Source: Bugula neritina
Taxonomy: Eukaryota; Animalia; Bryozoa
Direction: 5' to 3'
Assembly (NCBI GenBank): GCA_964035545.1
Contig: OZ037770.1
Location: 14,498,642-14,562,641 of the forward strand
DNA length: 64,000 nt
This document shows positions 37,101 to 50,399 of this stretch, piece after piece. The notes beneath the pieces were generated by a model that did no database searches, was not told the DNA's origin, and saw only the letters and a list, made by a program, of their open reading frames with translations. Every line of letters starts with the position of its first letter. Positions within the stretch are counted from its first letter, which is position 1. Position numbers and translations under genes: made by a program.

Positions 37101-40100
37101 GTACAAGAAAATAGAACACCCACATAGAAATAATGATTGCCGCTACGTTCGGACCACTGGGTAAGAAACCCTTTTCATCCAGAAAAATTCATTTTGTGAA
37201 ATTAAATTTAAGCCAATTACTAAAAAATGTGTTACTTATATTCATGATGGTGAATACATACAGAAAACTACACATGTAACTTTTGAATCAATATTTTAAT
37301 ATGCATTATATTATAATATATTATATTAATATATTTTGTTCGTCACACAGGTTACATGAAAGACACCCGATCTGGAAAAGGCAGTGCTCATGTGGGTGGA
37401 CTAATGGTGCATGGGAAAGACATTACCATCCTGAATGCAGATACGGAAGAATCAAAGACGACAAGACAGGCGCTCTGTTTCTCATTCTGAAATGCAAATG
37501 TGGTGTGGCTCAAAGTCAACTGGCTTAATCAACGACCAATGGAAAGAATCTCTCAGTACAGATTTACAATAAACGAGCGCAAAAACAAACATTGCTTAAA
37601 CTACACTTTAACAGATAACTAAAAAATTCCTATTTTTATCTCCTGTTGTAACTTTTGACTTGTACATTTTAAGAAACTATAAAACCACCAAATTGCTACT
37701 TTTAATTTACCAATACAATTTTACAAAATAAAATTCAAATTATTCATAAATTTATTTAACTTTAATTCTATACTTTTGAGAAATATTGTTGGTGAATTTG
37801 AATATTTTCTACTCTTGTAAACTAATGTTTCCCTAACCCAAACTAATGCACACTAAGCATAAAGAACACAAGTATTGTAATTTTATTTACTTAAAAATGC
37901 TCTATATCTATGAATAAGTAACAGTTTTTTTTGCTAATCAGATGGTCACAATTACACATTTTTCAAGTCTTAGATACTTATTTTAAATTGCTGCAATGTC
38001 AACTTAATTCACTTTTAAAATGGTTTAGTGTAATAAAATATTTCTTTCAAGCCTGTCAATCTATGTGATCTGTTGTTATAATACTATTGTAAGGATGGAA
38101 GAATTTACAAATTACAATTTGATATTAAATTATTATAACCCAGCAAATTATTGAAATAACAGTTTGAAAATGAAAACATCAGCGTATTACCAGGTTAAAG
38201 CTACACTACCTTTAGAAAAAGCAATACGGATGACATCATTATCTAGGAAATGTGAGTCGGGAATTCCCAACGTTCAAAGTTCACTTTAACTCTCACTATC
38301 ACTGTAACTAACAGTTCACTGTAACTTGACTACCAGTTTACTGTAACTGTCACTGTAACTACCAGTTCAATGTAACTCTAACTATCACTGTAACTACCAG
38401 TTTACTGTAACTCTCACTGTAACTACCAGTTTGCTGTGACTATCCCTTTTGGTAAGCTCAAAGAAATCCAAAATGCTACCCGAACTAATATTGAATGTTA
38501 TAAAATAGACTGCAGCAATAGAGTTACACATGAAAATGTTAACAATTACAACATTGAGCAGTTAACTTCATTATTCACAGCTAAAAAATAACAGTACTTA
38601 AACCCTTTGAATTGGGCACTGAGCTACGTTGCCACAAAACAATGCAGAGCAAGCAATATTTATATTAGAAAAAAGTTGCCTAATATTTTGATTAACTAAT
38701 AATAATTCTAGTGATTTTGATTACTATCAGCAGAGTAGGGAGATATACTTCTAAGGTCCACATGTCAAATCTAGTTTTCCTGAATAACAACACCTGAAGT
38801 CTAATATGCTACAGAATGCTGAAAAGCCTACAGCTTGACTGAAGTATTATATAGCATGATGTTAGATTTCTCCCTAGCTGAATTTTTCAACCACTAGAAT
38901 CTAAATCAAGGCTCAGGTAGCCCTACTGGGAACTGGGAAGGGGGGGGGAGGAGGTTAAAGGCTCAAGTCATTAGAGAATAACATAAGAATAAAACTAAAA
39001 TATCAACAGCCACCAAATTTTTCCATGGAAATCAGCAACATTTAAAGACAATCATTTCATCAGCGTTAAACTCTGACACATGTAGCATTGCCTGTATTCA
39101 TTTCTTAGGGTTCACCACAACCACACTCACTCCTTATAACAAGCATCTCAGTGAAGCTAGGCAGCGAATGACCTTTGGAATTCCGAGATTACAAATCTGT
39201 CCAGTGGAATAAAAAATCAATATACAGTATAGGGAACAGCCAATTGATTTCATCTCAACCAGAAACATAAACACACATTGTGAAACTGTTGCACAATACC
39301 GCCATCATGCTGAAGCAACAAACTATTTGTAAGAATCCAACTACTCACTAAAGCACTATATTCACTGACTGCCCTCTAGTAATCAGTTGCAGTACACTTA
39401 AGTCTAACGTTAACCATAAAACTTTTCTATAACGGATAACTGAACGGCAAACTACACTGCTAAACACCTCAAGTTCAGCCATTTAATTCTACAGGAAACT
39501 AGTATGTTGATTTATAAACAAACTACATGTGTTGTATATAGTATTGTGTTTACATCTTTATATGCCAAGTTGCCCAAGAGCTTCACGTGGGGGATAACCC
39601 TTCTCACCTCTTAGACTGAGGCTAAAGATAGTATATACATGTATATACAGTGTAGACTAGGTAAGTATATATACAGTGTAGACTAGGTAAGTGTATACAC
39701 AGTGTAGACTAGGTAAGTATATATACAGTGTAGACTAGGTAAGTATATATACAGTGTAGACTAGGTAAGTATATATACAGTATAGATTAGGTAAGTATAT
39801 ACACAGTATAGACTAGGTAAGTATATATATATACAGTATAGACTAGGTAAGTGTATACACAGTGTAGACTAGGTAAGTATATATATATACAATGTAGACT
39901 AGGTAAGTATATAGTAAGTACATGTTACACTTACACTTGGCCATATAGAAGTTATTCTCAAAGTAGACATTGTCTAGGAAGAGGTAGGGTCTGGTAAGTT
40001 CTGTCCTCAGACAGGAGAGGACAATTACTCTGAGAACTTGACTCTGTCTGCACATGTCTAACAGGTAGTTGACAACGTAGTGACATCTGTCAGCAGGTAC

Positions 40101-41656
40101 TTTTGTGTTGATGATGACTAAGGTGTACTGGAAACAGCATACAATGTATAATAATATTATACATTGATTATATTACAATATAATATAATACATTGATTAT
40201 ATTATATAATAACATAATATTATACATTGATTATAATATAATATAATACATTGATTATATAATATAATAACATAATATTATACATTGATTATATATCACA
40301 ACTTCAACCTAAATTATTAGTATAACATAGTATAATATTAATATCAGGCATTGCTTAATAATAAGCAAATGGGAAACATTATATTTGTTTACTATTTTAT
40401 CTATCAAAATGGACTAATATTCCATATTATTCACAGTTATACATTCGAACAAAATTCAGAGCACTATTTTAAAATGTATGCATGATAAAAAGTATCATCC
40501 GTTGATTAAACCAAGGAAATTAATATCATTTCAAATATTACACAACTAAATATTATACTGTTCTTATTTTTCAATTAGATTGCTAGCCTGCAAGGATAAT
40601 AGTTCACGTGTAGCAGTTGAAACAAGCTCTTACCATGCTTAAAAACCTTCCAATTAGAGGTGGAAATCTCAAAAACAAACTTTTTGAAACAAAAGTCTAA
40701 GTATTTTTGAAGCGGCTTATCACACACTAGAAGTTACTATCATACATGTTACCCCACAGCCACCTGCTACAACCTGTCACAACCTGCCACAACCTGTCAC
40801 ATGTGTCATACATGTGACACACAAACCTCCTCATATTTACAGTCCAGAATCTGAAAAGGCTCAAAGTATCTTTCTGAAGCAGTGGGAGTTGTGGGTCTCT
40901 GACATTTGACTGCAGGTTGAGAGGACAACTCTGGTAACACTATAGAATGGTAGTTGAACCCCATTTTCAGTCCCAACAGAGCTCGACTATAAAACATACG
41001 TGCAGTATACTGGTTAGGAGTACAGCAACAGGAAAAGGAAGTCATAAATACCGGAGAAAGTTCCTATTAGTTTGACCTACACAGTGTCCTGACAGAAGCA
41101 GCACCTTTTATACTGAAATTCATCTGAAATCAGAGTGTAAAATCCCATTTCAATACTAACACTTGCTAAATCACTCATCAGTGTCCTTTGAACAGATAAG
41201 GTATTAGTAAAAACCTTGTTTAAAATTGAAAATTCAATAACATTACAGTTAATACTACATTTGATAAAGAAAAAAGCGAATGATAAAATGCAGAAGTTAA
41301 TAGCTAGTCACTTTCTTTGACTGTATTCTGTTAGGAAAGTGATTACAAGGCACGAACTTTGACGAATTGCTTCACTAACTCAAGAAAACTCAGTGAAATT
41401 GTCTACTCGTCCAGATTGACTATAATTGTGAAAGTATGAAGACTTTAAGAGTTTGTTTAGCAACATTTGTTGAGGTTCAACTTAGCAGAGTAGGTAGGTT
41501 GGGGCGGGGTACTCACCACCCGACAGCCAGGATGTCAGCGTACCCAACAATCACATTCTTCTTAAACTGGTGGTATCTGTGATATTCTCTGTCGCTATAG
41601 ACAGGACGAGACTTCTGGGAAGGTACTAAATCTGCGCTGTCTTGAGCTGCCGCCAT
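31131..41656 (-). CDS. Divergent proteasome assembly chaperone-like protein (PAC1/PAC2 fold inferred), ~260 aa, C-terminal HbYX motif
   Basis: Exons 41656-41517, 40986-40827, 40127-39935, 31842-31679, 31429-31355, 31181-31131 splice in frame across an 8.1-kb phase-1 intron. Motifs: VIVGY..., SIVLPE, LVIINTKVP...YLLDMC...VIVLS, PSLPADTPVSDPLLNILLQ...IPLSIL; C-terminus GFYS. Probable non-coding upstream exons have donors near 42347 and 42649. The gene model is solid; the family assignment rests on recalled motif similarity. Confidence 0.7.
31550..31672. repeat. (GACA)n-type microsatellite
   Basis: Directly visible in an intron of the PAC-like gene. Confidence 0.95.
32259..32535 (+). promoter_or_regulatory. 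Promoter of nested gene copy 1: clustered NF-kB-like sites plus TATA box
   Basis: GGGAATTTTC 32259-32268, AGAAATTCCC 32416-32425, CGGATTTTCA 32448-32457, TTGGATTTCC 32509-32518, TATAAAA 32529-32535. The non-coding exon 1 ends at CAG|GTAAGT (32618). Confidence 0.7.
33044..33514 (+). CDS. Small leaderless Cys/His-rich protein, paralog 1 (106 aa), nested antisense
   Basis: Exons 33044-33186 and 33337-33514: MSDDGIDYADYPVQLATTTEAQTPRVSKKVEYPHKRNDCRYDQIRESGPCHNQQIFLKRKCPCGLKTDGAKERHYHTGCKYDRIKDQKTGNLFLILKCKCSATQLV. Frame, phase-2 intron and Cys/His positions are conserved in two paralogs. Confidence 0.85.
33987..34266 (+). promoter_or_regulatory. Promoter of nested gene copy 2: palindromic kB site plus TATA box
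   Basis: GGGAATTCCC 33987-33996, GAAAATTCC 34145-34153, TGAATTTCC 34241-34249, TATAAAA 34260-34266; exon-1 donor GTAAGT at 34340. Confidence 0.7.
34810..35279 (+). CDS. Small leaderless Cys/His-rich protein, paralog 2 (101 aa)
   Basis: Exons 34810-34949 and 35114-35279: MSDDGINFNKYSTQLATTSDSKPPKREYKKIEYPHRNNDCSYVKITGPFNTNPIWQRQCPCGLKTNGEEEKHYNRECKYKRIKDQKTGNLFLILKCKCSAY. Confidence 0.82.
36269..36544 (+). promoter_or_regulatory. Promoter of nested gene copy 3: palindromic kB site plus TATA box
   Basis: GGGAATTCCC 36269-36278, TGAATTTCC near 36519, TATAAAA 36538-36544; exon-1 donor CAG|GTAAGT at 36630/36631. Confidence 0.7.
37024..37528 (+). CDS. Small leaderless Cys/His-rich protein, paralog 3 (104 aa)
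   Basis: Exons 37024-37160 and 37351-37528: MSDDGIDYEELYPAQLVTSSKPPKRVYKKIEHPHRNNDCRYVRTTGLHERHPIWKRQCSCGWTNGAWERHYHPECRYGRIKDDKTGALFLILKCKCGVAQSQLA. Confidence 0.85.
38259..38268. promoter_or_regulatory. Palindromic kB-type site downstream of copy 3
   Basis: GGGAATTCCC in the context TGTGAGTCGGGAATTCCCAAC, similar to the copy 2/3 promoter context TGTGAGCTGGGAATTCCCAAC. Confidence 0.5.
38281..38445. repeat. CACTGTAACT-based degenerate tandem repeat
   Basis: Begins where similarity between the duplicated units ends. Confidence 0.8.
39641..39912. repeat. 26-bp minisatellite, ~10 copies
   Basis: Unit GTAAGTATATATACAGTGTAGACTAG. Confidence 0.92.
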
Positions 41657-41657
41657 C

Positions 41658-42016
41658 TTCTATAGAAAGAGTATAGAATCGTGTTATATGCTAACAATGT
41701 TGTACTTGTTATTCTATAGAAAGAGTATAGAATCGTGTTATATGTGAACAGTGTTGTACTTGTTATTCTATAGAAAGAGTATAGAATTGTGTTATATGTG
41801 AACAGTGTTGTACTTGTTATTCTATAGAATGAGTATAGAATTGTGCTGCATGTGAACAGTGTTGTACTTGTTATTCTATAGAAGGGGTATAGAATCGTGT
41901 TATATGCTAACAATGTTGTACTTGTTATTCTATAGAATGAGTATAGAATCGTGTTATATGCTAACAATGTTGTACTTGTTATTCTATAAAATGAGTATAG
42001 AATTGTGCTGTATGTG
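41658..42016. repeat. 54-bp minisatellite, ~6.5 copies, carrying copies of the splice acceptor
   Basis: Unit TATAGAAAGAGTATAGAATCGTGTTATATGCTAACAATGTTGTACTTGTTATTC; on the - strand most units contain TTCTATAG|AA. Confidence 0.92.
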
Positions 42017-44249
42017 AGATTGAAGATAATTTTACATCAAATAGAATTGTTAACTGCCGACAATATTCTACCTGGTGTTTCCAGTTTAAGTAACAGAATC
42101 AAAGTTGGGTAAGTTGACTATAAACATGGACTGTGGTATAACTACTTTTTAAAACACAATTAATTTATTTTAATAGCAGAAATTTATGTTATACAATTTG
42201 CTACAATTTATGCTATTTTCAGTTTACATCACTGAAATGCACACAGAAATAACTTGCCTAGTAAGTTATGCCCTAATTGGCTGGAGAAGATTTGTTTACA
42301 TAGAGCCTAGCAACTCTGGTAGTATTACAATATTCAAAGAGACTTACCTGTAAGTTATATTGACCAGTTTCAAGGATGAAGCACTCGGTTACATTCTGGT
42401 GACTTTCAAATCTCTCAAGTTGTTTGGCTCTCTTTTATTCCCAAATAAAATATCGAGAAACAGAGTATCAGATTGAACAAACTCAAAAATGTAACCAATA
42501 AATTAGCTGAAAATAGCGAGGAACTTTCTAGATTCTTCAAAAGTTATGTGATACGAAGAAATTTACAAATCTAACAGCGATGAAGGACTTTCTAAGCCAA
42601 TTTGGGAAAAAGAATTGTATAATCTAGGCAATATTAAAATACCACTTACCAAAGAAGTATGGTTGAAGGTTCAGTGAAGAGCTACTTGTTATTGTACAGT
42701 TAGTTTTGTGAGAGACAATTAAAGTGCCTACTGAGTATTGTTATGTGAGCTCGTATTCAAATCGATAGCCTGGCAAACAATAGTCAGCACGCAAGGTGTT
42801 GGTATACCTTAATCATACACAGCTCAAAGAAAAGGAATGCTAAACAAATAACATTTACTAATTATCGTGAACAAGTGAGTTGAAAATATTATAACATTTG
42901 CTGATATTGATTACAAATTAAACTGTTTGTTTACAGAAGATTAAGGTATTGCAGTCATAGGTGAGGTCTATAGTGGGAGCTGTAGAGGTATTTTTGTGCA
43001 GTGTCTCTAAAGCAGGCAGACTAAGCTACCACTAGCAATGATTTTGTTTATTTTATTATTTCAAAGGTTGAAGTAAGATTTTCATTCAAGCAAAAAATAA
43101 ATTTTGTCACTAGATTTATCTTTTTTTTAAACATATCATTCTGATTATTTTAATAACTCGGCCAAAGTACTAAAATTAATTTTGATAATCAAATAATGGT
43201 TTTGCAGCTATATGGAACAAGCAAGCAATTTGAGTATATTTTATAAAAATATTATAAAAAGTTTCTATGGCATAATATTTTACAAGAAATTTTGCTGCCA
43301 CATAAAAACAGGGTGTATTTTATATGCTTGCGTGATACTGAGCTACAACAAATATATCAACCAATAGGAATTGTTGTTAGTGAGGATATCAAAGGGAGAA
43401 TGTGTATGGCTGGTGCGTAGCTAACCTGTACATGGTAAGAGCCCACTTCCTAAATTAGCACTCATATATATACACTAATACAAAAGTGAAATTCAACATC
43501 AATTATTCATTATTTATTGCAAGTCATTCCTATATAATCTCAATATTATTGTACAATATACAATTTCAATATTATTGTACAATATTAAGAATTGATTTGT
43601 TTAAAATTCCAATGCCTTAATTCTATTGTTCAACAGGCAATGGTGTTTAAAGTAATAATAATATTATGTAATCTTATACTCCCAGCTGCCCTCACAACCC
43701 AAAGGCTGCACACTGCAAGAGTGTTTACAAATGAATAGGAGTTGTCAGTTCAAAATACATGATATTTAGGAGTTGTCACCTCAATTGACGAGTAAGCAGG
43801 AACACATAATGCTGAGCAATAATTAGAAAATAACGCAGGAGTACAACGTAATATATACATTTCAGTGGGAACCCACAGCTTGGCTCAAACAACACTGAAA
43901 AATCATTCTAACAAAATATGCGCAACTCCTTAGCTATGGAGAAAATATAAAAATAGATAGCCTACACTAGCTAGATGGGAGGGGGGCCCACGCGTCTCGT
44001 AATCTCAACTCAAACAAACTTTTGACTTAGAACTAAACAAACAGGTTCTGCCAAAAAAATAGTTTTTGTCAGCCTCAGGCTGAAGTAGGAGATCACAGGC
44101 TAGATATTTGGCACCAGCGCTAAGTATAGTCCAGCAGTGAACCACAACAAGGACTCTAGGGGCTTATTTCTATAGAACAGCTCTGATCATGCGTAGGTAC
44201 GAGAGGACAACTGCTGATGATGATGAGAAGAAAGAGAAAATTGAGTTGG

Positions 44250-46422
44250 CTAACTTGTGCTGTTGATGGGGCCCGTCGCGCGAGTCCCAAACCCTTTACT
44301 ATTAGTCTCAGGACCATAAGGTTGACGCTGCAGTACCGGGTCTAACTTTTTATTTGTCCCGATAGAAGACCTGCAAACAAACAAAACCCAAGGTCATATC
44401 AGCACACAGAAGTGGGCAAACCCAACATCTTCATGTTACGATGACTGACACCAGTTACTACCTAGCAGAGCAGTGAGATAGCAGGTGCTTGTTGGGCAGT
44501 CAACCACCTGTAGGGTACCTAGGGCGAACCCAGGGACTAACGAGGACAATAATATTTTACAGCTATCAGTAAAAAAGAATCTGGCAAAAGAGCTTTGCAA
44601 TGGTGAAGCTACCAAAAGAGCTTTACAAAACTATCTTAAAGTTGGTTTAGCACACTACACATTGTGTTTTAGCACCTGTAAAATCTTAGTTTAGCACATG
44701 AGACATCACAGTTTAGCATATTGTATAGCACACCTCTGAACTAGAACAGGAGACGGAGTGAGCTGTTCCTCCATAGACTGACTGCAGTTTACCTCCGGCA
44801 AATCTCCCAGAATCCTTTTCCTGGCTTCATTGTACTCGGCCTCGCGCTGCTGCAGAGTTTTATAGTTTGACTTACGCTCCTCCACGCCTTGCTGACTAGC
44901 GGCAGCGTCCAGCGGGTCTCGCTTTAACAACTTTATAGTAGGTGAATATTGTGTCCTTTGTTCGTTGTTTTGTAAAATTGTCACTTTCCCGTATTGAAGA
45001 GTGTTTGAAGTTTTGTGCTCTGATGGATTATTCTTTTTTACTTTCGTATCCAGTGCGGTTATTTGTTTGTCTAACTCCTACATAAAACAGTGAGCTGTAA
45101 ACATTCTAAATTTACCCAACGTACATAATAGATGCTTTACTACTTATAACAATATATGTTCACTAATAAATTTTACACTGCATTGCGAGTAGCCTCAACA
45201 AAATCAGAATATGCAAAAGATGATTATTCTTTCAATATTTATCAATACCAGTAAAATAGTAGAAGTATCAACAACCTAAGTGAATCTAAATGATGTAAAA
45301 CTTAAAACTATGAAGTTTATTATCCTAAATAAATGCATAAGTTCAAGTAGAAGTCAATTCAAATTTAGCAATTAACTAATTCAAATTATATTTCAAGTTC
45401 CACTCAGAAGAAACCGATATAAAACAAGCTGAAAGTTCAATTGTAAAACTGTAAAACAACAGGTTAAAGCTGCACATTACTGATTTAGTTTTCCTTTTTG
45501 ATTTAATATTAGAATTTTTTATTTGTATTTCAATTACTACCACATAACTTCAAATCATTATAATGATGAAGTAATTTACTTAGTAATCTACTGTCACTGG
45601 GTGACTAACGTTTCCAAATTGAAACATAATTTCATTTTTTCAGAAGTAGTTTTTGTAATTGTGTCACCATCTTAATAATAATCACTCTTTATGTTGTCTA
45701 GCCAAATTTTACATTAAGCAAACAATAGAAATGTTTATTTTAATTAGAAAATAGCATAACATTACTCATAGTCATTAGAAATTACTTATAGTTTTTAGTC
45801 ATTAGTATTATGTATAACATTAAGAATTTAAGTGTAACTTTCTCTTTGGTTTTTAATTTAAATCTGTTTCAGTGTACCACTAAGAGTAAGATTAAGTCTA
45901 ACACTGTAAGTGTGACAGTAACTGTAAGTGACGAAGTCTAATGTATTCAGTATTGTTATTACTTATTTCAATATTCGTTTAATTTTATTCATAACCATAA
46001 TGATAATTATTTAATAACTTTACTGATCACCTAAGACTGAGACTCATCACTTAAAGTTAATTATTATAAGATTATCGTTTAGATTTGCTCCTAATTCTAC
46101 AGTTACGCCCACTCTTAGTCTTAGTAGTGACCTTTTCAAATAAAAATGAATTTCAATTACATTCATTGAATTAATTTCCAGAGGGAGCATCAGAATGAGA
46201 ATCAGAATGAGAATCAGAATGAGAAGGCGAAGCTGTACCCCAAATAAAACTTGAATAAAATAAACTAATTTGCTTCACCTAGAAAGCAGATAAACAAATA
46301 ATTTCAAAAATAGTTATTCTTTAGCATAAAATATATACAAACTTAGGTTACCAATAACATACCCCAGTTTCATCTAAGGTTTCCCAATCATCATTTTCAT
46401 CACTAAAATCTTGTTCAGCCAT
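44250..46422 (-). CDS. SZRD1: SUZ RNA-binding domain-containing protein 1, ~174 aa
   Basis: Exons 46422-46363, 45077-44734, 44370-44250. N-terminal DDWETLDETGEL, IKLLKR, KTLQQREAEYNEARKRILG (SUZ) and RQPYGPETNSKGF (SUZ-C). Confidence 0.92.
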
Positions 46423-47509
46423 TTTAGGTCAACTGAGGGTCGTGTAGACTGATTTCACGACTATAACGGGCGGGAAGATGTAATGTAATAATATTGAGAT
46501 CAGCTCGTCGCAAAAACGTACTTCATACTAAATTTTTTTAAGGTAGGATACAACTCCTAAGTAAACCTCAAAATAGTGCCAGTTTGTTTAGTTCATTATA
46601 TCTCATAAAATTAAAAAATATATTACATGTATTTTCTAACCACTCTACTACAACCAAAGCTTCAGTTCATTATACATGTGAGGTAATTAATAACTAGGTA
46701 ATATTCATGCCTGTGCCTAAATGCTATTTGCTAGCTAACATGTCCGAGGATGAATAAAACTATGAAAGTAGTTTAATAAAGTATGCTTATAAACTAACAA
46801 CAGCTAATAAAAAGGCTTTTGCCATTGCAGACGCATGAGTGATAACTCTCAAAGAGTGACGTTTCACTTATGGCTAAACTTTAGTATGCTGATAGCAAAC
46901 TGAGGCGGTGCAGATCATTATCTTCTGATAAGAGCATGTATTGAAAATAGCTGCAAGTTTATGGAACTAAGTAAATTTCTACTATTTTTAATGTTAGTTT
47001 AAACTCTAAGGCCTAAAGCTCTAGAATTGAAATATCTCAAAACACTCACAGGCAGAGAATTGATCAAATATTTTAATCACTGTATATTTCATTAACTAAA
47101 ACTTTGATTATTATTAAACTGATGTGTTTGCATCTCGTATCTCAAATGTCAGGCTGACGTTTCCTGAAAGACTAATTCATGAATACAAAAGTAGTATGCC
47201 ACATCTTGTGTCAGCCTGCAAGTTGCTATTCCACCCCTACTGATGAAATGTCACCCGTGTGGGGGGGAGTGATGACACCTTTACTGGTGCCACAAAATTT
47301 AGATCAAAGCTTTTATTGTAAAAAAAACCATCACTTCTTGAGAATTTTCAAAAGATGTAATTTATTTTTATAATACCCTACTTAGTAACAAATGGAGATA
47401 TATTTATTCAAATTTTACTATTGACCTTGTTAATAAATACAGAGTGATAAATGTACAACAAAAAGAACTTATATATTATTTACATGTCACAGACAAATAA
47501 ACTCTAGAG

Positions 47510-50208
<2,699 letters not shown>

Positions 50209-50399
50209 CTTGAAAATTCAACGTATTCTTTTCAAAGTCTCTGTAATAGATAATAGACATAGTAAATGTAATACATTACGATTATTATAATTATTTCACA
50301 AGAATGCAACATATTACATGTATTTCATGTATATTATTATTGATTAAGATCATTTATTATCAATACAACCAAACAAATTTATGTAAAGAGTAATGAGTA

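Noticed and set aside
41626-41967. Regular repeats (also 1160-1470, 39641-39912) as a CRISPR array or repeat protein
   Set aside because: Head-to-tail minisatellites without unique spacers, in eukaryotic introns or UTRs, with no cas genes.
42347-42800. Exon-like segments with GTAAGT donors upstream of the PAC-like gene as coding exons
   Set aside because: Stops occur in all frames and there is a good AAGATGG start at 41656, so these are more likely 5' UTR exons.
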